Below, piece by piece: positions 50,212-60,773 of a DNA stretch of 64,000 nucleotides. The notes beneath the pieces were generated by a model, which was not told the origin of the DNA, searched no databases, and saw only the letters and a list, made by a program, of their open reading frames with translations. Where the stretch lies: NCBI GenBank assembly GCA_963741945.1, contig CAVUKA010000003.1:416001-480000 (forward strand), written 5' to 3'. Origin of the DNA: an uncultured Gemmatimonadales bacterium. Lineage in GTDB: Bacteria > Gemmatimonadota > Gemmatimonadetes > Longimicrobiales > RSA9. Made by a program: the position numbers and the translations under genes. Numbering within the stretch: position 1 is the stretch's first letter; the number at the start of each line of letters is the position of its first letter.

Positions 50212-51156
50212 TCACGAGAGCCCGGGCGCGACAATGCGTACCCCGCGCTCCACGGCGTGGGCCACCATGGGCGTCACGCCGGCCGGGTCACCGTCGATCT
50301 GAACCGGGATGCACGGGTCGCTTTCGATCCTCACGTCCCTGGCCTGGAAGTGGATGAGCCGGTCGTCCGCAGCGCGGAACCGGCGGCCCATGGCCTTCCA
50401 CAGGAGGGGTGGAACATCAATGACGTTGCGCGGCGCCAGGATCACCACATCGAACAACCCATCCTGCCAGGACCGCCGGGGCTGCGGGGCCAGGGCGAGT
50501 CCGAAGGGGATGAACTGGGCGAACAGCTCGCCCACATTGGCCAGCATCACACTCACCGCCCGCACTTCCACGACTTCTCCATCGGCGGTGATGCGGAAAT
50601 CCACGGGCTGCGCGGCGAGCGCCTCCTTCACCGCGGCGAACACGTAGGCGCCGAAGCCCCAGCGTTCTTTCAGTCCGCGGGTGGCGGAGCCCATGACGGC
50701 GGCATCGAAGCCGGCGCCGGCCACGAGGGCGAACACGCGGTCCCCCACGCGCCCCAGGTCCACGGCCGCGGCTTCACCGGTGACCGCCACTGCCACCGCT
50801 TCCTCGATCCCCTCCGGAATGCGGAGGTTGCGGGCGACCTGGTTGCCGGTACCCCGGGGGATGATGGCGAGCGGGGTCTCCGTGCCCGCGAGGCCGGTGA
50901 CGGCCTCGGCGATGGTGCCATCACCACCGACCACGCACACGCACCGGTACCCGAGCGCCGCGGCCTGGCGTGCCAGCGCGGTGGCATGACCCGCGTGGGC
51001 GGTCTCGGCCAGATCGAACGGTGCGCGGCGCGCAGCGAACGCGCCCCCGATGAGCCGGCGCAGACGCGCCGGATCCTCCTGCCCCGCAGCGGGGTTCAGG
51101 ACGATGAATGTGCGGCCGGCGTAGGGGCCGGCCGCAGGTTCGGGATCGTTGGGCAC
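50212..51156 (-). CDS. Diacylglycerol/lipid kinase family protein (DagK/YegS-like)
   Basis: LNPAAG, GGDGT, PRGTGN, GAGFDA, DGLFDV, QIDGD. Confidence 0.92.
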   Translation of the reverse strand: MPNDPEPAAGPYAGRTFIVLNPAAGQEDPARLRRLIGGAFAARRAPFDLAETAHAGHATALARQAAALGYRCVCVVGGDGTIAEAVTGLAGTETPLAIIPRGTGNQVARNLRIPEGIEEAVAVAVTGEAAAVDLGRVGDRVFALVAGAGFDAAVMGSATRGLKERWGFGAYVFAAVKEALAAQPVDFRITADGEVVEVRAVSVMLANVGELFAQFIPFGLALAPQPRRSWQDGLFDVVILAPRNVIDVPPLLWKAMGRRFRAADDRLIHFQARDVRIESDPCIPVQIDGDPAGVTPMVAHAVERGVRIVAPGLS

Positions 51157-51169
51157 GGGCGTGCGCAGC

Positions 51170-52030
51170 TCAGGCTTCAAGGCCCTGCCGCGCCATTTCT
51201 TCCAGCCGCGCCACACGGTCCTCGGTGGAGGGGTGGGTGCTGAACAGGGAGGCGAACGCCCGCCGCTGCCCGGCGAGCGGGTTGACGATGGCCAGCGAGG
51301 CGGCGGCCGGGTTCACGTCCATGGGGATGCGACGGCTGTACGCGTCCAGCTTCTGCAGCGCGTGCGCCAGTCCCATGGGGTTGCCGCTGATCTCGGCGCC
51401 CGTGCGGTCCGCAACGAACTCGTTCTGGCGACTGATGGCGAACTGGATCATCATGGCCGCGATCGGCGCCACGATGGCCATGGCGAGGGCGCCCAGCCCG
51501 CCGCCCTCGCGGTCGCGCCCGCCATAGCCGCCGAACATGGCGCCCCAGACCGCGATCCGCCCGATCATGGCCACAGCGCCGGCCATGGTGGCGGCGATGG
51601 TGCCAATGAGCATGTGGTGGTGTTTCACATGGGCCAGCTCGTGGGCCAGCACGCCCTCGATCTCGTCCTTGTTCACCAGCTTCAGGATCCCGGCCGTGCA
51701 GCAGACCACCGCATGCTCGGCGTTTCGCCCGGTGGCGAACGCATTCGGCTGCGGCTGCGGCGAGATGGCGATGGTGGGCATGGGCAGCCCGGCCCGCTTG
51801 CGCAGCCGGTCCACGGTGTCGTACAGCTCCGGGGCCTGGGAGCGGTCCACGACCTGCGCCCGGTACATGCGCAGCACCGCCTTGTCGCTCCACCAGTACA
51901 TCCCGAAGTTCATGATGGCGGCGAGCGCGAAGAAGATGACGGCGCCGCTCTGACCACCGATGTAGCCTCCGAGCACGACCAGCAGGGCGGTGAGCCCCGC
52001 CATGAGGAGGAAGATCTTGGTTCTCTGCAT
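51170..52030 (-). CDS. htpX: Zinc metalloprotease HtpX
   Basis: PNAFATGR, GVLAHELAHV, ISRQNE..AD, LFSTHP. Confidence 0.95.
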   Translation of the reverse strand: MQRTKIFLLMAGLTALLVVLGGYIGGQSGAVIFFALAAIMNFGMYWWSDKAVLRMYRAQVVDRSQAPELYDTVDRLRKRAGLPMPTIAISPQPQPNAFATGRNAEHAVVCCTAGILKLVNKDEIEGVLAHELAHVKHHHMLIGTIAATMAGAVAMIGRIAVWGAMFGGYGGRDREGGGLGALAMAIVAPIAAMMIQFAISRQNEFVADRTGAEISGNPMGLAHALQKLDAYSRRIPMDVNPAAASLAIVNPLAGQRRAFASLFSTHPSTEDRVARLEEMARQGLEA

Positions 52031-52104
52031 TGTCGCTCGCTACCGATTCAGGGTGGTTCTACCGCTGCCAGGAGATACCCCTCGGAGACTCCCTCGATCC
52101 ACGC

Positions 52105-55100
52105 TCAGTACCCCCAATCCCGCAGGAGGCTGAGGCCCCACACCTTCCGGTCATCGATCTCCGCGAGCCCGAACGAGGGGGTGCGCGCGAAGCGGTCCTC
52201 CAGATAGAACTCCCCCGTCCAGGTGGGCCGGAACCTGTACTGCACGCGGGCGCCGAACAAGCGCGGGCTCCAGGACTCCTGCTGGGCCGGGATCCGTCCG
52301 CTCAGGATCAGCGTCACGTCGCGGGTGGCATCGACGCCCAGCTCCACCTGCGTGTTCCCGAGGAGGCCATAGCTGCTGTAGTCGCCCAGCTGGTACTCGG
52401 GCGCGCGCAGCGCCAGGTAGTCGATGCCGAGCAGGCTGCTGGCCACGCGCTGGAGCTCGCTGGAGGCGAAGCCGGTGAGGGCGGGGCGAAGGAGCCCGAG
52501 CCCGAGACCGGTCATCACGCCGGTGGAGAGGACATCGGACTCGGACTGGGTCAGCTCCGCGCCGGACCGCCCGAACAGGAGATAGCTTGCGAGGTCGGCC
52601 TGCGAGACCTGGAGGTCGGAGTTGGTGGTGAGCCGGACGCGCGGGTCCTGCAGCGTGCCAGTGAGCACGGCCACCACGTCGATGGGGTCCCCTTCCGCCC
52701 GCCGGACCCGGTATGCCGCCTCGACATTCAGGTTCGGGTCGATTCCCGGCGTGCCGACGAACTCGATGGTCCCGCTGTTGATGTCGAAGCGCCTGGCGGG
52801 CACGCGCTGAGCCACGCGGAGGTCGTACGTCCCGCGAACCGTCTGGAGCGGGCCGGTGAGCCGGAGATCGCCTGCGCCGAGGTCGGCCTCCACTTCGAGG
52901 GAGCCGCTGACTTCCACGTCGAGCTCCCGACTGCGCAGCCACATCTCCCGCGATGCGTTCAGATTGAGATCCGTCACCACCAGGTTCTTCAGGAACGGGT
53001 TGGGCGGGGACGGGCGGTACGTCACGGTGGCGGTGTCGAACAGCTGGAGCATGGACGTGTCCAGCTGAACGATCTGGTACCGCCTCCAGATCTCGTCCAG
53101 GTTCATCTCCGCGCGCACCAGGCGCAGGTCGCCGGAAACCACCGGCCGGTGGTAACGGCCGCCCACGTGCAGCACGCCGTCGGCCACCGCGGCCACGTCG
53201 CGGCGCCGGGAAGCCTCGAACCGGCGCGCGTTGACGTCCAGGTCGAAGCCCGGATCGGCCGGGTGCGTCAGGTCCAGCAGGCCCTTCACATCGGCGGAGC
53301 CCTCCTCCGTTCGCAGTGTGGCGGTGAGCTCAACACGGCGCTCCGGCCGCATGCGGGCGAGGGCCTGGACGCCGTGATATCGGACCAGGAGCGGCTCGAA
53401 GAACGCGCTCCCATCGGACAGCCGCAGCTCGCCCTGCAGCTCGGGGGAGCGAGCGGTGCCCATCATGTCGATGGCAGCGTCCACGCGCCCGTCCAGCCCC
53501 GTGAACCCGGGCGTCAGGAAGCTCAGGAGCCCTGCCGGTACGCTGTCCGCGCGGATCCGGACGTCCAGGGGGAGGTCGAGGACGCGCTGCTGCGTGGACA
53601 TGAGCGTCAGGTCCGCGGGAATGCTGGCGTCCGCCCGCACCACGTCCTCGCCATCCCGCCACCCGGCCAGGTGCGCCGTGACCAGCCGCCCCGAGTAGCG
53701 CATCTCCCCGCCCGCGCTGTCGAGGACGGCGCCGGCGTAGCGGAACGGGCGCGAGGCCAGCCAGCCGCGGATTTCCGGTGACCGGGCCGTGCCGGTGACG
53801 CGGAACTCGCCCGTGACCACGCCATCGACAATGGAGTCGGTTTGAGTGAGGCGCAGGATCTCACCCACGCGCACACGGTCGAGCTCGATGACCAGCGACG
53901 CCGGCAGCGTGTCAGCCGTCTCAGGCTCCCGCCACGGGAGCACGCCGGCGACCCGAATCCGCGCGGGAACGGGGGAGCGCTCCAGCACGAGAGAGTCCAC
54001 TTCAACGCCTCGCCGGCCCACACTGGCCATCACCGTGTCGGCCAAGGCCCAGCGGCCGCTCTTCAGACCCACCGCCAGCCGGTGCAGCTGCAGCCGCATT
54101 CCCCCGGGCGTGCGCTGGAACGCCCCGCTCACCTCCACCTGCTGCGAATCGGCCCCGGTGGCCCGCAAGGACACGTCCCCGCTCCCCCGCGTGTAGCGGA
54201 GGGTCCCGGCGGCCGCGGGCACGCTCCGGCCGGCGGCGAGGAGGGAGTCCACCGCGGCGCGCAGCGTGAAATCGTCGGGTGCGCCCTCGAACTCCGCGCT
54301 GGCCCTGCGGATGTGGACGTCGTCATAGAGAATCCGTTCACCCGAGCCGCGGCCCTGCACGCTCCAGCTGTCGAGCCCCCCTCGCGCGGTGGCGTCCACC
54401 GTCAGGCGCCCCGCCAGTCGTCGCTCGAGCGGCTCTCCCACCGGGTGTTCCACCGGGTCAGGAAAGAAGGCCAGCTCCAGTGGCTCGACCGAATCGGCGC
54501 GGACAGTCAGCTCGAGCTCGCCCGCGCGCCCCTGCGTCAGACCGAAGCTCCCGCGCGCCGAGGCGTCCCCCACGGCCGAGCGTACGGCGAAGCTGTCGAC
54601 CAGGGCCAGTCCGTGATCGACGCGCGCAGAGCCCACGGCCCGGTACACGGGCACGCCAGCGACGCGGGCGGAAGCCACGTCCACGAACAGCGAGGCCTGC
54701 GCGTCGCCCAGCCCGCTGCCCACACCATCCAGCTGGAAGGTGGCGGTGACTCGCGTCTCCGGGAGCGAGGGGACCAGGCGCTCCAGGGAGAAGTCGGTGA
54801 CCTCGCCACGCATGGCGTAGCGGGGGCTCTCGCCTTGCAGCGAACCGTGACCGGTCACCGCCACGCGCCCCGCGGACGTCTGCAGGTCCGCGCCCAGCTC
54901 GAGGCTGTCCAGCGGGCCCCTCAGCGTGATGACGCCGGTGGCTTCCCCGGCCATGGGGAGCAGCGTGGGGAACTGCTCGTCGAGAATGCCGAGAGCGACG
55001 GGGGCGGCTTCCAGCCGCAGGTCCAGCGCGGGCCTGGCCCCGGTGAGGCGCATGCGACCGCCGCCGCGGAAGCGGGACACGTCTCCCGACCGACGGAGCG

Positions 55101-56529
55101 TGGCTTCTCCGTCCAGCGCCAGCCCGCGCGCGAGCGAGCCGTCCGCGCTGAACCGCCCGCTCGCCACGCCGCGGACGCGGATGGCGGGCACCACGTTCGC
55201 CAGCTGTGCCAGCTCGAGGCGCTCCACCGTGGCGTTCAGCCCGCTGGCGCCGTAAGGCTCCCGGGCACGCACACGCCCGTTCCACCGAACGGAAGATCCT
55301 TCCCGGTCGCCTCCGGCGGCCAGGAATTTCATGTTGCCCCGGGTCTCCAGCGCCGAGACCGGGCCCTGGACCTCGATGGTGCCGATGAGCAGCCCATCCA
55401 GCGGGATCTCTCCGGGAATGATGCTGCGCAGCAGGTCGATGTCCAGCGGCGAGGCGCGCAGGTCGACATCGGTGAAGCGGAGGGTGTCCCCGGTGAGGAT
55501 GCCGAAGGATCCGGCCAGGTGCGTGTCGCCCGCGCGGATGTCGGCGTTCCGGAGGAGGAAGAGCGTGCTCCCGGGGCCGCGCGTCTGGAGCCGGAACTCG
55601 AGCTTGCCACCGCCATCGGCGGGAAGGGGGGGATAGATCCAGCGGAGGTCGCTGAAGGCGATGTGGTCGGTGCTGGCGTGGAAGTCGTAGCTCCGCCCTT
55701 CGTCGCCCATCACCATCCGTCCCACGGCCGAGAGCCGTGAGCCTGGCAGCTCGACCCTGGGCAGGTCGAACGTCAGAACGGAGTCCTGGAGCGCGATCGT
55801 GCCCTCCAACCCCCGAACTTCCGCCGGCGTCTCCCAGACGTAGAGGCGCCCGCTCATGTCCTTCACCTGGATCAGGTGGCCGCGCTGGTCCGGCGATTCC
55901 CAGACCACGCGTGGCACGCGGGCGTTCAGGTTCTCGACGCGGATCGTGCGCACGGTCCCGCCCGGGACGTCTTCCAGGATGAGGCGGGCGGTGTCGGAGG
56001 GCTGCACCGGGGCGGTCAGCTCCCAGGGCATGCGCACCACCACCGTCGCATCGGTGATCGTTATGTCATCGATACTGACGAGCCGGGTGGGGGGTCCGGC
56101 GGCCGTGTCCGGCGCCATGGTGTCACCGGGGAAAACCATCTGGTAGTTCCAGCGGTCCTGTCCCGGCAGGCGCTCGATGTAGATTTCCGGCGAATACAGC
56201 GTCAGCCGGTCGAACGCCAGGTCGCCGCCCACCAGTGTGCGGAACCGATACGACAACCGCGCACTGTCCACGCGGATGAATGGCCGGCCCAGCGTGTCAT
56301 CGATGGCCACATCCCTGAGCGTCACGCCGCGGAGGAGACCCTCGCTGGTCACCGCGCCGACGCGCAGGTCGCCGTGCACCATGCCCCGGAGCTGTCCCAC
56401 CGCCAGCCGACCGGCCTGGCCCACGCCGAAGTCCGTGCGGGTCAGCACGAGCGCGGCGGCGGCGAGGAGGACGAGGAGCACGGCCACGCCCCCCAGGATC
56501 CACCGGAGCACTCGTTGTGCGCGCGCCAT
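52105..56529 (-). CDS. tamB: Translocation and assembly module TamB-like protein
   Basis: N-terminal TM anchor, 1474 aa beta-rich, C-terminal G.I.F.G...DP.LN..A...GTL.DP...SYLLFG; adjacent to an Omp85 gene. Confidence 0.82.
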   Translation of the reverse strand: MARAQRVLRWILGGVAVLLVLLAAAALVLTRTDFGVGQAGRLAVGQLRGMVHGDLRVGAVTSEGLLRGVTLRDVAIDDTLGRPFIRVDSARLSYRFRTLVGGDLAFDRLTLYSPEIYIERLPGQDRWNYQMVFPGDTMAPDTAAGPPTRLVSIDDITITDATVVVRMPWELTAPVQPSDTARLILEDVPGGTVRTIRVENLNARVPRVVWESPDQRGHLIQVKDMSGRLYVWETPAEVRGLEGTIALQDSVLTFDLPRVELPGSRLSAVGRMVMGDEGRSYDFHASTDHIAFSDLRWIYPPLPADGGGKLEFRLQTRGPGSTLFLLRNADIRAGDTHLAGSFGILTGDTLRFTDVDLRASPLDIDLLRSIIPGEIPLDGLLIGTIEVQGPVSALETRGNMKFLAAGGDREGSSVRWNGRVRAREPYGASGLNATVERLELAQLANVVPAIRVRGVASGRFSADGSLARGLALDGEATLRRSGDVSRFRGGGRMRLTGARPALDLRLEAAPVALGILDEQFPTLLPMAGEATGVITLRGPLDSLELGADLQTSAGRVAVTGHGSLQGESPRYAMRGEVTDFSLERLVPSLPETRVTATFQLDGVGSGLGDAQASLFVDVASARVAGVPVYRAVGSARVDHGLALVDSFAVRSAVGDASARGSFGLTQGRAGELELTVRADSVEPLELAFFPDPVEHPVGEPLERRLAGRLTVDATARGGLDSWSVQGRGSGERILYDDVHIRRASAEFEGAPDDFTLRAAVDSLLAAGRSVPAAAGTLRYTRGSGDVSLRATGADSQQVEVSGAFQRTPGGMRLQLHRLAVGLKSGRWALADTVMASVGRRGVEVDSLVLERSPVPARIRVAGVLPWREPETADTLPASLVIELDRVRVGEILRLTQTDSIVDGVVTGEFRVTGTARSPEIRGWLASRPFRYAGAVLDSAGGEMRYSGRLVTAHLAGWRDGEDVVRADASIPADLTLMSTQQRVLDLPLDVRIRADSVPAGLLSFLTPGFTGLDGRVDAAIDMMGTARSPELQGELRLSDGSAFFEPLLVRYHGVQALARMRPERRVELTATLRTEEGSADVKGLLDLTHPADPGFDLDVNARRFEASRRRDVAAVADGVLHVGGRYHRPVVSGDLRLVRAEMNLDEIWRRYQIVQLDTSMLQLFDTATVTYRPSPPNPFLKNLVVTDLNLNASREMWLRSRELDVEVSGSLEVEADLGAGDLRLTGPLQTVRGTYDLRVAQRVPARRFDINSGTIEFVGTPGIDPNLNVEAAYRVRRAEGDPIDVVAVLTGTLQDPRVRLTTNSDLQVSQADLASYLLFGRSGAELTQSESDVLSTGVMTGLGLGLLRPALTGFASSELQRVASSLLGIDYLALRAPEYQLGDYSSYGLLGNTQVELGVDATRDVTLILSGRIPAQQESWSPRLFGARVQYRFRPTWTGEFYLEDRFARTPSFGLAEIDDRKVWGLSLLRDWGY

Positions 56530-58757
56530 CAGAACGCCTGTCCGATGGAGAAGTGGAGGCGGACGCGCCGGAAGAATGCGGCCACCGGATCGCCCGTGTA
56601 CGTGCCGTAGGTCACCATGTGGTCGAGGAGCACCACATCGTCGGTGTTTCGCAGCGTCCAGATCTGCTGGTCCCCATTCACTTTCTGACAGCCGGGCTGA
56701 TCGAGCATGCAGCTCTCGACGCGCGTGGTGAGCACGGGCAACGACACCGGGCCACGGGTGTTGTAGCCCGCATCGATCCGGATCGGACCGATCGGGCTGT
56801 AGTAGCGGAGCCCCACGCCGGGCGTGGCGACGATGGTCGCCAGGTCCACGTCCGCGGCGGTGGCCCAGACCTGACCCGCATCCAGGAAGACGGCCCCGCG
56901 CAGCTTCCCGCGCAGGACAGGGAGCGGGAAACGCAGCTCCATGCTCCCTTCCAGCAGAACTTCCCCGCCCGCGGGGCGTACGTCAATCACCCCGTTCGGC
57001 AGGTGCTGGAGCACGCACGTCCCGTCGTTGACGCTCGCGGGCGTGCAGCCGGGGCCCTGGTACTCGGTCTGCTCCCCGTTCACCAGATAGGGCACGGCCG
57101 AGATCCCCAGCACCGTGGGTCCCAGGCGGTACTGGTCGAAACCACGCACGCTGTTGGCGCCGCCCGCGAAAAAGCGCTTCAGCGGATTCACCCGAACGCC
57201 GGCATTGCTGCTCGCGTGCGGCCACGCCACGCCGCCGTGGAGACGCGTGGCCAGGATCACGCCGCCGGCCTTCCCCACGTAGGTGCTCGCCTCGCCGGAA
57301 AGGCGAGTGTAGGCGAAATCAGAGCCCGTAAACCGGTCCGCGTACTCGGCATCCGCGCGGACGATGAAGCCGGAGCTGGGCGTGAACTGGGCGTCCGTCC
57401 GGTCCATCGAGAAGGAGAGCGCCAGTGGCGAGAGCCAGTGCGGATCCCGCAGCATGGCCAGCTCGTCGTACGCGCAGGCCAGGAAGTTGACACAGAAGAA
57501 CAGGTCCCCACCGCCCTCGGCCTGGAGCAGTGTGAGCTCGGGACGATAGCTGAGGGCGAGCATGCCCTTCCGGCCCACCGAATGGCCGAGGGAGATGTAG
57601 CCGCCGACGGCGGAGCGGACGAACACCCCGGGCACGCTGCGGCGCTCCGCGAACAGGCCACCGCCGATGCTGTTGCGTGGGCCCAGCAGCCAGGGCTGCG
57701 TGAAATCGACGGATACCAGCCCGGTGAGGCTGTCGTAGGCGACATAGTCGCCCGTGAGCCACGGGACCTGCCGGCAGAGCTCTCCCATCAGCAGGTTCCC
57801 CAGCCGCCCCCGCACTTCCAGCCGGCGACCATCGCCCATGAAATTGCGACTGCTCCAGGACGCTTCCAGGTTGCCGCACTCCACGTTGTTGAAGCCAGCG
57901 CCCACACGGACCCGGTGCAGGTCCCCTTCCGTCACCTGCACGGTCACGGGGATCACGCTGTCGGAGCCCGCGCTCAGGTCGGCCCTCACTTCCGCGTGCC
58001 GGAAGATCTGGAGCGCATAGAGGTTCCGCTGGCTGCGCAGGAGCGCGCTCCGGTCGTACCGGTCCCCCTCTTTGAGCGAGAGCATGCGCCGTACGAGCTC
58101 GGGCGTGGTCTCGTCGTTCCCCACCACGTGGATCTGGCCGAACCGGGCCCGCGTGCCCGGGACCACCTGGTATTCCACGTTCGCCTGCTCCGGTGCGGCG
58201 CTCGGGATCATGTATCCCGGCAGCACTTCGGCCCGCGCGAAGCCGTGATCGTGAAGCCGGTTCAGCAGCGTGTCCCGGGTGGCCTCGTAGGTCACCATGT
58301 CCAGCGCCTCGCCAGCGCGCAGCGGGAGTGAGCCCTGCTTCAGCGACGGCGGCATGCCGGAGACCGCGAGCGTCGCCACCCGCACCGGCTCACCCTCCCG
58401 GATGTGGAACGTGATGCGGACCTGGTCTTCGCCCACGTGGGCGGTGTCCACCGAGACCTGCGCGTTCCGGTAGCCGCGCTCGTAATAATAGACTTTCAGG
58501 CGGAGCGGATCGGAATCCAGCGCCCCGGAGGGGAGGAAGGCTTCCTCCTCCCCCACGCCGGCCCAGCAGACGAGGGCGTACAGCAGGTTGGGGCAGCGGG
58601 TGGCGGAGGTCTCGATGGCCGCAGCCAGCTCCGTGCGGTTGAACGCTTTCGCACCTTCGAAGCGCAGCGACTCGACCTCGATCCCCTGCCCGACCGCGGC
58701 CCGGGCGGTGATGAGAACCAGGATCAGCCCGGCGGCCGCGGCGGTGAAGCGCGTCAC
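56529..58757 (-). CDS. Omp85/BamA-TamA family outer membrane protein
   Basis: Signal peptide, POTRA repeats (YYERGY, HGFARA), FFAGGANSVRGF, GLRYYSPIGPIRID, terminal HFSIGQAF. Confidence 0.92.
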   Translation of the reverse strand: MTRFTAAAAGLILVLITARAAVGQGIEVESLRFEGAKAFNRTELAAAIETSATRCPNLLYALVCWAGVGEEEAFLPSGALDSDPLRLKVYYYERGYRNAQVSVDTAHVGEDQVRITFHIREGEPVRVATLAVSGMPPSLKQGSLPLRAGEALDMVTYEATRDTLLNRLHDHGFARAEVLPGYMIPSAAPEQANVEYQVVPGTRARFGQIHVVGNDETTPELVRRMLSLKEGDRYDRSALLRSQRNLYALQIFRHAEVRADLSAGSDSVIPVTVQVTEGDLHRVRVGAGFNNVECGNLEASWSSRNFMGDGRRLEVRGRLGNLLMGELCRQVPWLTGDYVAYDSLTGLVSVDFTQPWLLGPRNSIGGGLFAERRSVPGVFVRSAVGGYISLGHSVGRKGMLALSYRPELTLLQAEGGGDLFFCVNFLACAYDELAMLRDPHWLSPLALSFSMDRTDAQFTPSSGFIVRADAEYADRFTGSDFAYTRLSGEASTYVGKAGGVILATRLHGGVAWPHASSNAGVRVNPLKRFFAGGANSVRGFDQYRLGPTVLGISAVPYLVNGEQTEYQGPGCTPASVNDGTCVLQHLPNGVIDVRPAGGEVLLEGSMELRFPLPVLRGKLRGAVFLDAGQVWATAADVDLATIVATPGVGLRYYSPIGPIRIDAGYNTRGPVSLPVLTTRVESCMLDQPGCQKVNGDQQIWTLRNTDDVVLLDHMVTYGTYTGDPVAAFFRRVRLHFSIGQAF

Positions 58758-59620
58758 TCGGGTTCCAGCGCGGAGAGCGTGACGCTGTCCCGGAAATACG
58801 CCAGCGGCTTGCGCGGGAAGATGTGCCGGCTCACCGACGCGAAGCCCCCCAAGTCCTCCATGAACATGTAGTGGGTGATCCGCACCACCTCGTCCGTGAC
58901 ACGCACCACGTTGAACGAATTCTTCTCCCGCTCACGGACGCGGCCTCGACGGGAGGTGCTGGTGCCGCTCTGTACGATGATGATGCCGTGCTCCCGGTCC
59001 TGGCCGGGATAGAGGTCGAGGGAGTTGCCGATGTACGCGCGGTGCAGGTGCCCGCCCATGATCAGGTCCACACGGAGCTCGGCGAACGCGTCGATGGCAC
59101 GTTTCGCCCGCGGCATGACCTCGCCCCGCTCGTAGTCCGGCGCGGGCGCGAAGTGATGATGTGCCACGACGATCCTCAACAGGTTCGGGGGCGCCGCCTC
59201 CAGCGCACGCCGGCAGAAGTCGAGCTGCCGGGAATCGATGCGCCCGTTCGTGAGCGCGCGGTGAGGCGCCGTGGAGTTCAGGGCCACAACGACGGCGTCA
59301 TCGGTGCGAACGACCTGGTCCAGGTCCCGGGCAATGTACTTCCGATACCAGCGGTAGGGGGAAAAGATCCTCTCCAGTACGCGGTAGAGGGGGACGTCAT
59401 GGTTCCCGGGGATCACCACCCTGGGCACGTCCGGGAGCCGATCGAGGAACGCGCGGGCATCCGCGAACTGCTGCTTCTTCGCTCGCTGGGTGAAGTCGCC
59501 GCTGGCCACCACAAGGCTCGGCTCGATGGCGTTCGCGGCCTTGAGCAGCGCCTCCCCCACGCGCGGGACGTAGGGCGGGCCGAAATGCAGGTCGGAGATA
59601 TGGAGGATCGTCATCATCAT
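58754..59620 (-). CDS. Calcineurin-like metallophosphoesterase
   Basis: HISDLHFG, SGDFT, PGNHD, HHH, GHLH. Confidence 0.92.
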   Translation of the reverse strand: MMMTILHISDLHFGPPYVPRVGEALLKAANAIEPSLVVASGDFTQRAKKQQFADARAFLDRLPDVPRVVIPGNHDVPLYRVLERIFSPYRWYRKYIARDLDQVVRTDDAVVVALNSTAPHRALTNGRIDSRQLDFCRRALEAAPPNLLRIVVAHHHFAPAPDYERGEVMPRAKRAIDAFAELRVDLIMGGHLHRAYIGNSLDLYPGQDREHGIIIVQSGTSTSRRGRVREREKNSFNVVRVTDEVVRITHYMFMEDLGGFASVSRHIFPRKPLAYFRDSVTLSALEPE

Positions 59621-59720
59621 GCCACGTCCGCTCCGGATTCGACGACCGGGGCACCGTTCGGAGCGAGCCCCGCCGGCGGAAGCGCGGGCACGCGGGAATC
59701 ATTCCGTCGGCCGGTGGCGT

Positions 59721-60773
59721 TCACGGCCGTTGCAGCCCGGGGAACGGCAGGTCGGCCCGCGCCGTCAGGTCCGGACCGGCGGTATCCCCCCGCTCGAAGC
59801 GGAACGCGGCCGTCCGGGCGATCATGGCGCCGTTGTCCGTGGCCATGCGTGGGCTAGGATGAAAGAGGTGCCCATCGTCGCCCAGCGCGTCGGTGAACGC
59901 GCGACGCAGCGCGCCACTCGCGGCCACGCCTCCGCCGATCAGGACGCGGCGGCAATCCTTCTGCTCCACGGCCCGCATGGTCTTGCCGACGAGCACGTCG
60001 AGGACCGCCCGCTGGAACGAGCGGGCGACGGCATCGCGCTCCGCGTCCAGCCGGCCCTCGGACTCCAGGGCGGCGACGCGCGTCAGGACGGCCGTCTTGA
60101 GCCCGCTGAACGAGAACGCGTAATAGTCATCGTCGCCGGGGTGCTGGTGGCGCGCGAACATGGGGCGCGGGAACGGGTGGGGGTCGCCGTCCACGCGGGC
60201 GGCAGCGCGCTCGATCGGCGGACCGCCCGGGTAGTCCATGCCGAGTACGCGGGCGACCTTGTCGAACGCTTCGCCGGCGGCGTCGTCGCGGGTTTCGCCG
60301 AGCAGCTCGTAGCGTCCCCATTCCGGGACCCAGAGGAGCAGCGTGTGGCCGCCGGAAACCAGGAGGGCCACGAACGGGGGCACCGCGTCGGGGTCTTCGA
60401 GGCTGGCGGCGAACAGGTGCGCCTCCATGTGGTGGACCCCGACGAGCGGTCGACCCAGTCCCCAGGCGACGCTCTTGGTCCAGGTGAGCCCGACGAGGAG
60501 TGCGCCGATGAGGCCCGGGCCCGCGGTAGCGCCGAACACGGCCACGTCCTGCAATGTGAGCCCCGCCTCGCTCAGCGCCGCACGGGCCACATCGTCAATG
60601 GCACGCATGTGCGCCCTGGCCGCCAGCTCCGGCACGACGCCCGCGTAGACCTTGTGGATGTCCTGCGAGAGGATCACGTGGCCGCGCAGCTTACCCCCTG
60701 CCAGAACCGCCGCGGATGTCTCGTCGCACGAGGTCTCGATTCCGAGCACGGGCCCGGAAACCAGGCGCGACAT
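59721..60773 (-). CDS. tsaD: tRNA N6-threonylcarbamoyladenosine transferase TsaD
   Basis: LGIETSCDET, GVVPELAARAH, HHMEAH, SGGHT, DDAAGEAFDK, SFSGLKT, DNGAMIA. Confidence 0.97.
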   Translation of the reverse strand: MSRLVSGPVLGIETSCDETSAAVLAGGKLRGHVILSQDIHKVYAGVVPELAARAHMRAIDDVARAALSEAGLTLQDVAVFGATAGPGLIGALLVGLTWTKSVAWGLGRPLVGVHHMEAHLFAASLEDPDAVPPFVALLVSGGHTLLLWVPEWGRYELLGETRDDAAGEAFDKVARVLGMDYPGGPPIERAAARVDGDPHPFPRPMFARHQHPGDDDYYAFSFSGLKTAVLTRVAALESEGRLDAERDAVARSFQRAVLDVLVGKTMRAVEQKDCRRVLIGGGVAASGALRRAFTDALGDDGHLFHPSPRMATDNGAMIARTAAFRFERGDTAGPDLTARADLPFPGLQRP